This document shows, in pieces, positions 1 to 13,767 of a DNA stretch of 64,000 nucleotides. The stretch is from Escherichia phage KEP2, in the sequence record PP047752. One strand, written 5' to 3'. The stretch's first letter is position 1; each line of letters begins with the position of its first letter. Below the pieces are notes generated by a model, which saw only the letters and a program-made list of their open reading frames with translations, searched no databases and was not told where the DNA came from. The translations under genes were made by a program, and so were the position numbers.

Positions 1-3109
<3,109 letters not shown>

Positions 3110-3110
<1 letters not shown>

Positions 3111-4579
3111 TGGCAGGATTAACTACAACAGGATTACAAACTCTAAGATATCAGGAAATTTTTGATAATATCAAATCAAGACTTCTTAGAGATATTTCAC
3201 CCAACCTTGACGTTTCTGAAGATAGCCAATTAGGACTCTTCCTAGCTTCAATTGCAAGGTCTTTAGCAGATACTCATGAGATTCTATCAGAAATCTACGA
3301 TGGGGGTACAATTGATAAGGCTGAAGGCTTTAACCTTGATGATATCACAGCTTTAAATGCGGTATACAGATATGTTGCTCAGGCAACAAGAGGCCAAGTT
3401 GAGTTTACTGGAACGACTGGTGCTACCATTCCTTCAACAACAAGATTAAGAAGTACTGCCGGAAACATCTTTTACCCAGTTAATAATATTACCCTTACTC
3501 CATCATATTGTGTTGAAGCTATTCTTGAAGTTAACTCTTTACGAACTGATGCAGATTATGTTATTATTATTGATAACGTCATTTTCTCATATAAACCAAC
3601 CTCATCAGACACAATCACCACGCTTCTAACAAAATTATCAGAAGCTATTAATGGTGGTATTGTAGCAAAAGCAGAAGTCATTAATGATGGAGCCGCACTA
3701 AGAGTCTATAAAGACGAGGGCGATATCATTGCAAGAACAAACCCTATGGTTGTCACTGCAACAACGTTTCTGACCTTTACAAAAATTACAACTATTTCAG
3801 ATGTAGTAGCTGAAGAGGTTGGTGCTACCCCTGCTTTGGCTGGTACGCTTATTGAGATTGAGACAACTGTTGATGGTCTTGACAGTATTTATAACAGGTA
3901 TGACTTAACAACTGGTAGAAACGAAGAAACTGACACAGAACTTAGACAGAGATATTTAGAGTCCTTAGCAGTTACTGGTGTAGGGACTTTAGATGCAATT
4001 GTAGCTGCTGTTAAAAGAGTTCAAGGTGTCTCAGATGCTTCAGGTGTTGAGAATGATACTGAAGAGACAAGCTCAGAAGGTCTTCCACCAAAATCTTTTA
4101 AGATTGTTGTAGTTGGTGGTCAAAATGATAATGTTGCTCAAGCAATCTGGGATACAAAACCTGCTGGTATTAGGGCTTATGGCTCAATTTTTGGTACAGC
4201 CCATGATTTAGGTGGTTTGGCACATAATATTTATTTTAGCAGACCAACACCAAAATACGCATTTGTTAAAGTCTCTTACTCTTTATATGATGAAGAAAAC
4301 TTGACAATCCCTGAAGAGGATATCAGAGACAGCATTGTACAAGGTATTAATGCCTACGGAAGAACTCTTAAGGTTGGTAATGATGTTATTCCTAATAGAA
4401 TCTATGGGTATATCTATGACGTAATTAAAGGTATTGAGATTAATGAGGTTAAAGTAGCCTTATCAAACAGCCAATCAGTTCCACCTAGTGATGGGCAGTA
4501 TACTACAGCAAGAATTACTGTTGACGGTGACCAATATACTGTTTGGGAAAGCAGCCAGTATACTATCACTAAGGAGTAA
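3110..4579 (+). CDS. putative baseplate J-like protein
   Basis: 489 aa in conserved baseplate gene order before tail fibres. Confidence 0.4.
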
Positions 4580-4581
4580 TA

Positions 4582-5436
4582 ATGTTTGAGAAGATTGATA
4601 GTGTTTATTACAAAACACTTGATGAAAGGACTGTAACACAGTTTAAAGATAAATTTATCTATACAAGTATCTTGAAAGCAATCACTGATGAATTACAAAC
4701 TCTAGAGGATGTTTGCTGGCAGATGCACACGGAGAGAAATATCAGAACGTCAGTAGGCCAACAACTTGATAATATTGGCTCACTGATTAAAGTTCCTAGA
4801 CCTTTAGGTGCAGATGATGAAACATATAGGGCTATGCTTTATATTCAAATCTTCCTAAGACGCTCTGACACTACTCCAACATTCTTGCAAAAAGCAATTA
4901 TGACACTATATGGTGCAACTTTCTCTCAGATTTTTGAGCATATTACTCCTAAGACTGGTGGCATTGTTATCCGTATCAACACTAGAAAAAGCGTTCTAGA
5001 TGCTGCATATACACTGTCAAAGATTTCTGCAACAACTACTGGTTCCGCTGTTATCTTAAGAGATGTTACTTTAAATGGAACCGCTTGGACACCTGTAGAG
5101 GTTGCTGATTCATCACTTGCTATTGTTGATGATAAAGAGAACTGGTTTGTAACTGATGCTAACAGAGGTCTTGTCACGAATAACACTGGTGGCTCTCTGG
5201 AGTCCAACTTAGTAGGTAGTCTTGCAGATGCTGGTGTTATTGATGGTTACTTTAGGGTTGACAGAACAGCAAACTCACAGAGTGATGATTATATGACTGT
5301 AGATAGGTCCAATAATAGTGGCTATTTCATCGTTGGTAAAGAAGCTATTGCAGGTGGTGCATACGGAGTCATGGCTGAGGTTGCACAAATTGTCAAAGGC
5401 AGAAAAGATAAATCACAACAAGAAGGAAATTCCTAA
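4582..5436 (+). CDS. putative baseplate/tail-fibre-associated protein
   Basis: Position between J-like gene and tail fibre genes. Confidence 0.3.
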   Translation: MFEKIDSVYYKTLDERTVTQFKDKFIYTSILKAITDELQTLEDVCWQMHTERNIRTSVGQQLDNIGSLIKVPRPLGADDETYRAMLYIQIFLRRSDTTPTFLQKAIMTLYGATFSQIFEHITPKTGGIVIRINTRKSVLDAAYTLSKISATTTGSAVILRDVTLNGTAWTPVEVADSSLAIVDDKENWFVTDANRGLVTNNTGGSLESNLVGSLADAGVIDGYFRVDRTANSQSDDYMTVDRSNNSGYFIVGKEAIAGGAYGVMAEVAQIVKGRKDKSQQEGNS

Positions 5437-5738
5437 TGGCAGTTTTAAATTGGTCTACAAATGAGGTGGACACTGACGGTAATCAGTTAAAAGTCTTACC
5501 ACCAACAGAAGTCCAAGAGACAGGTCTTTTAAAGGGTGAACCTATGGGTAGGCAATGGTTCAACTATATTATCAACTACCTACTGAATAAAGTAAACGGT
5601 ACTGTTGGTGAAGTTCGCTCATATGCAACTCAGCAACCAGATTTAGTAGCCAATGGCTGGAAACTGATTAAGTCTGAGACAGGTACTGCAACAACAAGTA
5701 CAAAGAACCTTTACACATATGAATATGTAGGAGCTTAA
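5436..5738 (+). CDS. hypothetical protein
   Basis: 100-aa ORF coupled to flanking structural genes. Confidence 0.3.
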   Translation: MAVLNWSTNEVDTDGNQLKVLPPTEVQETGLLKGEPMGRQWFNYIINYLLNKVNGTVGEVRSYATQQPDLVANGWKLIKSETGTATTSTKNLYTYEYVGA

Positions 5739-5740
5739 TA

Positions 5741-6916
5741 ATGGCAGTCGGTGAAATTCAAATTAGTGCCTTGCCACAAGCGGCCTTACCAGTTGATTTA
5801 AGTGATATCTTCCATCTTAAGCAAGGTGTTGAGGATAAAAGATGTACGCTTGAACAGTTGTTAGCACCTCACGCATCTTTGAGGAATAATCCTCATGGTG
5901 TAACCAAATCGCAAGTGGGTCTTGATAATGTTATTAACTCTCTTCAATTAGTTGCAGCTAATAACTTGTCAGACATTGTGAATGTTGCTGAGGCAAGAGC
6001 AAATCTACAAATTATGTCGTCAGAGGAAGTGAATAACTTAATTCAACAACATATTGACGACAAAAGTAACCCACACAATACGACGAAAGCACAGGTCGGT
6101 TTAAGTAATGTTCAGAACTGGACAACATCTAATCTGTACAATGAAGATGCTGATAAGTATGCTACCGCGAGAGCAGTGAATAATTTATACAAAGCTATCC
6201 AAGCATCATATCCAGTAGGGACTATTCATCTATCTGTTAATTCTGCTAACCCAGCCACTTACTTGCTTTGTGGAGGTACTTGGGAGTTAGTTTCTAGAGG
6301 TAGAGCACTAGTTGGTTATGATACAAATTCTAGACCTGTTGGTTCAACGTTTGGTTCTCAGACTGTAGTATTAACAAATAACAATTTACCAGCACATACT
6401 CACTCTATCTATCTAACAGGTGGTGGTCATACACACTCTGCAAGTGTATCTATCTCTAGTTTTGATTATGGTTCAAAGAGTACATCAACTTTTGACTATG
6501 GTACGAAGGCAACTAACAGTGCTGGTGCTCACACTCACACGTTTAGCGGCACGACAAGTAATGATGGTAACCATAACCATAGAGTACCACTGAGGGGTAA
6601 TGATAGAAGTGGGTCAAATGCTATTACTGCATCTGCTTATGCTGGGATTGATAATAATATGTATACTGATTTAGCAGGTGCTCACACCCATAGCTTCTCA
6701 GGCACAACTGCATCATCTGGTGCTCATAGTCATACTGTTGCAATTGGTGCTCATAGCCACACTGTTAATATTGGTTCACACAGTCATACGGGTACTGTTA
6801 CTGTCTCTAACTCTGAACATACACACTCAGGAACATCCGGTTCTGTTGGTGGTGGTCAAGCTTTCAGTGTTGAGCAGCCATCTTTTGTCGTATATGTATG
6901 GCAGAGAACAGCTTAA
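5741..6916 (+). CDS. tail fibre protein with N-terminal tail-fibre repeats and C-terminal HxH repeats
   Basis: Two copies of NPH..TK.QVGL.NV motif (phage tail-fibre repeat); C-terminal run of AHTHS/GAHSHT/HxH motifs typical of metal-binding fibre tips. Confidence 0.7.
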   Translation: MAVGEIQISALPQAALPVDLSDIFHLKQGVEDKRCTLEQLLAPHASLRNNPHGVTKSQVGLDNVINSLQLVAANNLSDIVNVAEARANLQIMSSEEVNNLIQQHIDDKSNPHNTTKAQVGLSNVQNWTTSNLYNEDADKYATARAVNNLYKAIQASYPVGTIHLSVNSANPATYLLCGGTWELVSRGRALVGYDTNSRPVGSTFGSQTVVLTNNNLPAHTHSIYLTGGGHTHSASVSISSFDYGSKSTSTFDYGTKATNSAGAHTHTFSGTTSNDGNHNHRVPLRGNDRSGSNAITASAYAGIDNNMYTDLAGAHTHSFSGTTASSGAHSHTVAIGAHSHTVNIGSHSHTGTVTVSNSEHTHSGTSGSVGGGQAFSVEQPSFVVYVWQRTA

Positions 6917-6926
6917 TTTCTTTACA

Positions 6927-6946
6927 GGGGCTTTGTAGCCCCTTTT
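6927..6946 (+). terminator. stem-loop GGGGCTttgtAGCCCC followed by TTTT, preceded by TTTACA
   Basis: Perfect 6-bp GC stem plus T-run between tail fibre genes; same GGGGCTT...AAGCCCC hairpin family as the downstream cassettes. Confidence 0.5.
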
Positions 6947-6962
6947 AAGAGGAAAATTTATA

Positions 6963-9512
6963 ATGGCAGATTACAAGTTGAGTCAATTAAACTCAATCGA
7001 CACAATTCGTTCAGAAGACCTATTGCACATCAGAGTTAAGAAAAGACCTGAAATGTTGGGTGACGAAGACCGTAGAATGACCTATCAAGACTTCTTAGCT
7101 TCCTTCAAACTAGAAAGGTTTGTTCAGATTGCTGGGAGCACTATGACGGGGGATTTAGGTATTGTCAAGTTACTTTACGGTGGAAAGGCTGTATTTGACC
7201 CTACAGACTCTTCTGAGATTACTATTGGGGATATTTTAAAGACTTTTAAAATTAACTCAAATGGTCTTAAACTCACTATCGCAGATGCTTCAAGGTCAGC
7301 AACTGTTTATCATACTTTGAATAAACCAAGTCCTAATGAACTTGGCATGAGAACTAATGAAGAGAATGATGCAAGATATGCAAGGCTTGCTGTTACAAAC
7401 ACATTCTCTGGGACTCAGAACATTCAAGGTGATGCTAACTTACTTCGTCTTAGAAACCAGAATGCAAATAATGCGCAATATATTGAGGGTGTGAACTTAG
7501 ATGGTTCAGCTAGATGGTGGGTTGGTATTGGTAGTAATGGCTCTGATGAAGTAAAACTGTACAATAACAAATACAACTCAGCTTTGGCTATTGCAAGCAA
7601 TATCTCTGTTAATAAGTCTTTAGCAATCACTGGACAAGTTCAACCTTCAGATTTCTCTAACTTAGACGCTAGATACTTTACTCAGACAGTCGCTAATCAG
7701 AGATTTGCACAGTTAGCTGGCAATAACACCTTTACAGGTGCTAACACATTTAGGACTATGAGTGTTATTTCAAATGCTGCTGCCATCACACTGCAATGTG
7801 CATCAGCAAACGAATCCCTGTATCTACTTGCAAAAGATTATGAAGGTGGAAACTTATGGTATCTTGGTAAAGGTAGTTCAGGTGCTGGTGTAACTATCTA
7901 CAACTATACCACTAACACCTCTTTGGTCTTAGATGCTGCTGGAGTATCAGCAAATAAAAATGTCAGAATCACTGGTCAAGTTCAACCTTCAGATTGGGCT
8001 AACATTGACTCTAGATATATTCCGGCAGCAACATTAAGTACAATTGCAAGAACTAATGCAAGGAATACTTTTAATGGTGTACAGACAGTTGTTACGGATA
8101 ATGAAGGTCTGATTGTTAAAAACTCTACTCAGAATAGACCATTATATATTCGTGGTGTGGACACTACTAATGTATCAAGATGGTGGATTGGTGTTGGTGG
8201 TGCTGATACGAATGATGTTACCCTAAATAACAGTTATTCTGGAACCCAATTGGTTCTCGGGAATACAACATCATACATTAACAAAACATTGACTATTGCT
8301 GGACAAGTTCAACCTTCAGATTTTTCTAACTTAGATGCTAGATACTTTACGCAAAGTGCTAGTGATAGCAGATACCTAAGAATCAGAAGCACTAGCTTCA
8401 ATGTGGGAAACACTGAGAAGTGGGCTAAAATTGCCACTGTTGTGATGCCACAATCAGCATCCACTGCTGTTATTGAGGTATTTGGTGGGTCAGGTTTTAA
8501 TATTAATACACCACAACAAGCAGGTAAATGTGAAATTGTTCTGCGAACTTCAAATAACAATCCAAAGGGCTTAAATGTTGTTGCTTGGAGAACATCAGAT
8601 AACACCATTGTCAGGGATATTGGTTATGTGAATACTTCTGGAGACACCTATGATATTTACTATCTTGCTGGTACGTATCAAAACAGCACAACGACAAGGG
8701 TTCAGTCTTCTAGTAATGCAAGTGTACAGTTGTTTGAAGTCCCACAGACATTTGATGATGCTCCACAAGGTATTGTGAAGGGTACAATTGCAAAATACTA
8801 CACAAGTTTGCAAAAACCAACCCCTTCAGATATTGGTGCATACACTAAAGCAGAGACTGACCAGAAGATTGCAGAAGCAATTAGTGACTCTACAGACCTG
8901 AATAAAATCTATCCAGTGGGTATTGTGACATGGTTTAACAGTAATGTTAACCCTAATACAGCACTTCCTGGTCTAACTTGGACGTACCTGAATAATGGTG
9001 TTGGTAGAACTATTAGAATTGCAGCAGCAAATGGTTCAGATGTTGCTACAACTGGTGGTTCAGATTCTGTAACGCTATCTGTTGGTAACTTACCTTCACA
9101 CACGCATAGTTTCTCTGCTACTACTTCATCATTTGATTATGGTACTAAGACGACAAATACGACTGGCAACCATGCTCACGATAGAGGTAACATGGAAATT
9201 TCTGGTGTGGTTGGTTGGTTCAGAAGTGATAACAGTGCATTCTACACTGCGAGCGGTGCGTTTCAGATGGGTAGTTCTCAGGCTTCACATGGCTTCACAG
9301 GCTCTAACTTCACTTACGGTGCTGCTGTTGATTTCCACGCGTCAAGAACTTGGACAGGTGTAACCAACACAACTGGTAACCACGCGCACAGCGTTGGTAT
9401 TGGTGCTCACAGCCACACAGTTAGCGGTAACACAGGTGGCACTGGTTCTGGTTCAGCATTTAGTGTTACTAACCAGTTCTACAAGTTAATGGCTTGGGTG
9501 AGAACTGCTTAA
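6963..9512 (+). CDS. large tail fibre protein with internal repeats
   Basis: 849 aa; motif ITGQVQPSD(F/W)(S/A)N(L/I)D(A/S)RY repeated three times at ~110-aa spacing; C-terminal HTHS/HAHS/HSHT repeats and C-terminal tail similar to the 5741..6916 product. Confidence 0.7.
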   Translation: MADYKLSQLNSIDTIRSEDLLHIRVKKRPEMLGDEDRRMTYQDFLASFKLERFVQIAGSTMTGDLGIVKLLYGGKAVFDPTDSSEITIGDILKTFKINSNGLKLTIADASRSATVYHTLNKPSPNELGMRTNEENDARYARLAVTNTFSGTQNIQGDANLLRLRNQNANNAQYIEGVNLDGSARWWVGIGSNGSDEVKLYNNKYNSALAIASNISVNKSLAITGQVQPSDFSNLDARYFTQTVANQRFAQLAGNNTFTGANTFRTMSVISNAAAITLQCASANESLYLLAKDYEGGNLWYLGKGSSGAGVTIYNYTTNTSLVLDAAGVSANKNVRITGQVQPSDWANIDSRYIPAATLSTIARTNARNTFNGVQTVVTDNEGLIVKNSTQNRPLYIRGVDTTNVSRWWIGVGGADTNDVTLNNSYSGTQLVLGNTTSYINKTLTIAGQVQPSDFSNLDARYFTQSASDSRYLRIRSTSFNVGNTEKWAKIATVVMPQSASTAVIEVFGGSGFNINTPQQAGKCEIVLRTSNNNPKGLNVVAWRTSDNTIVRDIGYVNTSGDTYDIYYLAGTYQNSTTTRVQSSSNASVQLFEVPQTFDDAPQGIVKGTIAKYYTSLQKPTPSDIGAYTKAETDQKIAEAISDSTDLNKIYPVGIVTWFNSNVNPNTALPGLTWTYLNNGVGRTIRIAAANGSDVATTGGSDSVTLSVGNLPSHTHSFSATTSSFDYGTKTTNTTGNHAHDRGNMEISGVVGWFRSDNSAFYTASGAFQMGSSQASHGFTGSNFTYGAAVDFHASRTWTGVTNTTGNHAHSVGIGAHSHTVSGNTGGTGSGSAFSVTNQFYKLMAWVRTA

Positions 9513-9591
9513 TCACTTGTTGACTGATTGTTAAGATGGTGTTAATATTCTTTATGGGTATTCTCACCATCTTGGCTGATGAGGTGATTAA

Positions 9592-9789
9592 ATGCCTACA
9601 ATCCTAGCAATTCTTCTAAAAAATCTAGGTAGCTTCTTCTGGAAACTCATTTTATCCCTTCTAAGTGAATACATGATTGAGAAAGTGTTCTTTAAGCTTG
9701 CAAGATACCTTGCGAGTAAGACAGACACACCTATTGATGATGAGTTCGTAGATAACTTAGAAAAAGCTTTTAAGGGGGAGAATAAATGA
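9592..9789 (+). CDS. small membrane protein
   Basis: 65 aa with hydrophobic N-terminus; directly after tail fibres. Confidence 0.3.
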   Translation: MPTILAILLKNLGSFFWKLILSLLSEYMIEKVFFKLARYLASKTDTPIDDEFVDNLEKAFKGENK

Positions 9790-10157
9790 AGTGGCTAGAG
9801 GAAGCTTTTAAAAATAATATTGGTGCAATTGTAGTTGGTATTTTTAGTGTTATTGGGATGTATACCACCATGCAAGTTTCGGATGGTAAGCAAGAAGTGT
9901 CTGTCACAACAAAGTTACAGCAGCTAGATAATTATATCAAATCTAATTACTCAGCTATTCGTGATTTACAGTCTGACATGAGACTGATTCAGCTAGGGAT
10001 GGAGAACCAGAAAGTTCAGTTAGAGAATGTTAAGGGTGAGAACGCAAAACTTACTAAAACTCTGGATAAATTCTCTGACAGTGTGAACAATCTGGCTCAA
10101 TCAGTATCAGCCTTGCAAGCTATTACTGAAAAGAACACAAAGAATACTGAAAAATAA
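9786..10157 (+). CDS. membrane-anchored coiled-coil protein
   Basis: N-terminal TM helix (IGAIVVGIFSVIGMY) then heptad-rich region. Confidence 0.3.
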   Translation: MKWLEEAFKNNIGAIVVGIFSVIGMYTTMQVSDGKQEVSVTTKLQQLDNYIKSNYSAIRDLQSDMRLIQLGMENQKVQLENVKGENAKLTKTLDKFSDSVNNLAQSVSALQAITEKNTKNTEK

Positions 10158-10162
10158 AATTT

Positions 10163-10195
10163 AAGGCTCCTTTTTACGGGAGCCTTTTTTGTTTT
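10163..10195. terminator. bidirectional intrinsic terminator between convergent genes
   Basis: GGCTCC-tttttac-GGGAGCC with T-run on + strand and A-run upstream; lies between + operon end and - strand thyA end. Confidence 0.55.
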
Positions 10196-11093
10196 ACTTG
10201 CCTACTGACAGAGGTGCTTCAATCTTACCTGCATGTTGGTAGTTATTAATCCCACCAATAAAATCACTTGCTGTAAGATGTTTTAAGTCACTTAAAGTGT
10301 TAAGTGGGATACCAATCTCAAAAGTTGGTGCATGGAACTCTTCATTGTTCATCAGTTCATAAACCTGCTTCATATGGTTCTGATAAATCTGAGTATCCCC
10401 AAAGACACCTATCAAGTACCGTGGAGCGTATCCAGTCATCTTGCAAAGAACTTCCAGAATAAAACCATAAGAGGCAATATTAAACGGAAGTCCTAAAAAG
10501 GTGTCTACAGAACGCTGATACCATTGTAAGTCAACTTCACCCTCATTAGTGATATAAATCTGAAACAGAACATGACAAGGTGCTAAAGCCATTGAGTTTG
10601 CTGCAATATCTGCTGCATTCCAAGCATTAACCAGCATGTAACGGTCTGTGATATCACCCTTCATCTTTGTTACTAATGTCTCTAGTTGGTCTACAACACA
10701 ACCATTATGACCTTCAAAGTTTCTCCACTGAACCCCATAGATTCTCCCACCTGCATCATCTAACCAATCTTGTTCAGAAGAATAATTAGAGCTTAACCAA
10801 CGTTTAAAATCATCTGACCAGATTGTCCAACGTTCTCCGTCATTTTCACCCCAAGTACGGTAACGAAGTTCACCAAGCTTATTCTCTCCATTCAGGAACC
10901 ATAAAGCTTCCCCAATAACTTGCCGTGTAAACACCTGTTTAGATGTTAAAAGTGGGAAACCAGTTCGCATATCAAAACGAAACTGAGGTGGAGCAAATGC
11001 AGAGATAACATCTCCAGTTCGTGTAGTACGCAGTTCACCAACTGATAAAACATGGTTCAGAATATTTTTGTAACTTGTATCTGCTTGTGACAT
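10194..11093 (-). CDS. thyA: thymidylate synthase
   Basis: Active-site region LAPCHVLFQ matches ThyA PCH motif; ~300 aa. Confidence 0.85.
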   Translation of the reverse strand: MSQADTSYKNILNHVLSVGELRTTRTGDVISAFAPPQFRFDMRTGFPLLTSKQVFTRQVIGEALWFLNGENKLGELRYRTWGENDGERWTIWSDDFKRWLSSNYSSEQDWLDDAGGRIYGVQWRNFEGHNGCVVDQLETLVTKMKGDITDRYMLVNAWNAADIAANSMALAPCHVLFQIYITNEGEVDLQWYQRSVDTFLGLPFNIASYGFILEVLCKMTGYAPRYLIGVFGDTQIYQNHMKQVYELMNNEEFHAPTFEIGIPLNTLSDLKHLTASDFIGGINNYQHAGKIEAPLSVGK

Positions 11094-11094
11094 A

Positions 11095-11640
11095 TCAAAA
11101 GTGCCCTTTTACTTGTGGTGTATAGATATCAAAAGTTGCTTTTCCATCTGCTGATGGTCTTGACTGAATCTTAGCGAAAATTTTACGGTCATGCAACTTG
11201 TCAAAGAAGTTCTCAAAAGGTAGATACACAGTTGCCTCTTCAGTCACTTCATGGAAAACTGTATGAAACACTACATCAGCATACGGTAAAGCACTGACAA
11301 GAATACCTGCACCACCAATTACGAAAACATCTTCTTCAATATTACTATCAAGATACTTTAAAAATGCTCCAAAAGAGTCTTGATGAGCTTTAGCAAACAT
11401 AACATCATCTTTACTAAAATCTATACCGTAATAAGGCACGGAGTTTGTTAAGATAAGGTTTTCACGTTCAGGTAAAGGGTTACTTCCCAGAGTCTTGAAA
11501 GTCTCATTACCCATTACTACTAAGTTGTCTTTAGTGAGTCTCTTAAACTCTTGCATATCCTCTTTATGTCGAGGCCACGGCATACCAGTTGGAGTACCAA
11601 ACTCCCCATTTTCACCACTTGCAAAGATTAATTTAATCAT
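11095..11640 (-). CDS. folA: dihydrofolate reductase
   Basis: N-terminus MIKLIFA..G.PW....D...FK..T....VVMG..T matches DHFR signature; adjacent to thyA as in T4 frd-td. Confidence 0.8.
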   Translation of the reverse strand: MIKLIFASGENGEFGTPTGMPWPRHKEDMQEFKRLTKDNLVVMGNETFKTLGSNPLPERENLILTNSVPYYGIDFSKDDVMFAKAHQDSFGAFLKYLDSNIEEDVFVIGGAGILVSALPYADVVFHTVFHEVTEEATVYLPFENFFDKLHDRKIFAKIQSRPSADGKATFDIYTPQVKGHF

Positions 11641-11897
11641 TTTGTAAATCCTTTCTTAATGAACCAGTTGATAACATTCTTCACAGCTTTATTGCTATGG
11701 TAGATTAAGTGTGGTGCAGGTTGGTATGAACCATAGGCCCAGAATGATAGATGCTCACCACAACCAACACATGTAGTACTTTCTTCAGCTATATGACCAT
11801 TAACAATCACATGAACTTCACCTTGTAAGTCTGTACACCCACAATGTGGACAACGTATAGGTGTTCCATCAGACTCATAGCAGTGTTCAATTTTCAT
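11637..11897 (-). CDS. small zinc-finger protein
   Basis: CPHCGC ... CVGCG cysteine pairs. Confidence 0.3.
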   Translation of the reverse strand: MKIEHCYESDGTPIRCPHCGCTDLQGEVHVIVNGHIAEESTTCVGCGEHLSFWAYGSYQPAPHLIYHSNKAVKNVINWFIKKGFTK

Positions 11898-12413
11898 TTA
11901 TTTAACCTCAAAAACTGGTTCAAGAACCAATATAAAGTCTACACAGTCATCTTCTTCATCCAGAATACCATCAAAGTTCTTAGGAACGAAGTCGAAGAGG
12001 CTCATCACAAAGCAGTCAGAAGTAACCCTGATAGTTCCTCCCATATTCTCTACAGTCAACACTGTACGGCTTTCTTTTACCTCTCTCAGAAGATTACTCA
12101 CAAAGTCATCTAAGAAGTACTTCATCAGTGACTTAAAACCTTTAGGGTAATCTGTACCAGAGTATGTTTCAATCTGAGGTACAAGCTTAACATTTATACT
12201 AGTCTTTGTTAAGAATGTGTTAGAGAACATACTATCAGGTAACTTACAAACAATCTTTCCAGTACCTTCATGTTCAATCTCAACAAAACCAGCTTCATCG
12301 CCACATGTGACTATTTTAAAAGATGCTTCATTCTCATGCTGTGAAGCCATAAACTTTTTAAGCATTTCCTTAAGGAAATCTGCATGAGCATCTTGTAAGT
12401 AGATATCAATCAT
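11898..12413 (-). CDS. hypothetical protein
   Basis: 171-aa ORF, packed in - strand operon. Confidence 0.3.
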   Translation of the reverse strand: MIDIYLQDAHADFLKEMLKKFMASQHENEASFKIVTCGDEAGFVEIEHEGTGKIVCKLPDSMFSNTFLTKTSINVKLVPQIETYSGTDYPKGFKSLMKYFLDDFVSNLLREVKESRTVLTVENMGGTIRVTSDCFVMSLFDFVPKNFDGILDEEDDCVDFILVLEPVFEVK

Positions 12414-12426
12414 AGTTAATCACCTA

Positions 12427-12786
12427 TTATGGGAACAGACACTTGATGTCATCGTTTTTAAAAACAAAACTTGTGTAGTTGTGACCGTCAACATCCAGCC
12501 AAACAGCCTGAACATCTACACCATCAAGATTTTGGTAAAGCTCTTTGATAAAGTGGTCTTTCACAATCTGGCTACTGGTTGTTTCCAGCTTAATGTTTGA
12601 GATTGCTGAACCTACAGCCATATAACCCATGACACGTTTCTTCTCAGTATGCTTAATCTTACCATCTTTGTAAGCCATAATGAGATTGGAAAGAATCTTC
12701 ACACCATAATACTTTTCAAGGTGAGTCGGTACACCATAAAAGCCTAATGCGAAGTTTTCAGAGTGGATAATATTTTCACGTTTCAT
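12427..12786 (-). CDS. hypothetical protein
   Basis: 119-aa ORF. Confidence 0.3.
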   Translation of the reverse strand: MKRENIIHSENFALGFYGVPTHLEKYYGVKILSNLIMAYKDGKIKHTEKKRVMGYMAVGSAISNIKLETTSSQIVKDHFIKELYQNLDGVDVQAVWLDVDGHNYTSFVFKNDDIKCLFP

Positions 12787-12787
12787 A

Positions 12788-13117
12788 TTAATCTGCCAAC
12801 CTTAAATTAAAATTAACACCAAATTTTTCACATACTTCCAACATATACTCAAGGGAGACATTACCAGTGAGGTGGATTATGTTGGATACACGAGCCTGAG
12901 AGATACCACAAATTTTAGCAACTTGCTCTTGAGAAAGACCTCTGGATTTAATCTCTCTCTTAAAACGATGTGCAACAAAATCTCTCATTTCGTCTACATC
13001 CATTGGACAAATATAACTCTCCATTTCAGCCTCTCTGTCAGCCTCCCAATCATCTTGTGGAGCATAAGGGTCAAAAACCTCATTCATCTTTCTTCTTCCG
13101 TTTGCGTGAAGTATCAA
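12788..13117 (-). CDS. putative HTH DNA-binding protein
   Basis: RGLSQEQVAKICGISQARVSNIIH resembles helix-turn-helix. Confidence 0.4.
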   Translation of the reverse strand: MILHANGRRKMNEVFDPYAPQDDWEADREAEMESYICPMDVDEMRDFVAHRFKREIKSRGLSQEQVAKICGISQARVSNIIHLTGNVSLEYMLEVCEKFGVNFNLRLAD

Positions 13118-13293
13118 TCAATGAATCTATGTTTGTAGCCCTAACCTTTTCACGTTCATCGTTAAGATAATCATCAAGAGCCTTTTCAATCTGTGAATCA
13201 TCTTGACAGATAACTGTAAAGACTGTAAAGCCGTCTGTATCATCAATTATCTTACCATAACCGCTTCTGGGATGTAACTTTTTAAGAGCCATA

Positions 13294-13677
13294 TCAAATA
13301 CCTGTGCAGCTTCTGTTTTCTAAGAAATACTCAACACCATACATAGCTTTTTGCATCAAGTCTTCTTTAAACTGAATACGATGATTGAGCATAGCCTGTA
13401 CATCAATATCATCAGGGTGCTTCTCTTTAATATTTGCAGATTGTAGGAAATACTCTGCAAGAACACGATACTGATAGTCAGTTACCTTATCAGTCATCTC
13501 TGTTAAAGACTCTTCAGAGATTGGTTTAAGTAGTTCACCATTAGCTAGAGCAACACCTTTTACAATCTGGCAAGTGTCTTCTGGAACACCTGATAAGTCC
13601 ACATTGGGAAGTTCTGTTGCATTAACTGGTAAATTCATTGCCATAACCATTGCAGCAGCTAATAAAATCTTTTTCAT
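13294..13677 (-). CDS. secreted/periplasmic protein with signal peptide
   Basis: MKKILLAAAMVMAMNLPVNA signal-peptide-like N-terminus. Confidence 0.35.
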   Translation of the reverse strand: MKKILLAAAMVMAMNLPVNATELPNVDLSGVPEDTCQIVKGVALANGELLKPISEESLTEMTDKVTDYQYRVLAEYFLQSANIKEKHPDDIDVQAMLNHRIQFKEDLMQKAMYGVEYFLENRSCTGI

Positions 13678-13721
13678 AATGACCTCAAAGTTATATTAAA
13701 TTTTGTATTACATTGAGTATA

Positions 13722-13767
13722 AAAATAAGCTATAACACCTGACTTGTCAACAGATTTTATAGCTTAT
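13722..13767 (-). promoter_or_regulatory. candidate sigma70-like promoter (minus strand) bracketed by 11-bp perfect inverted repeat
   Basis: Reverse complement gives TTGACA-17nt-TATTTT; ATAAGCTATAA (13725-13735) and TTATAGCTTAT (13757-13767) flank the -35. Confidence 0.35.
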
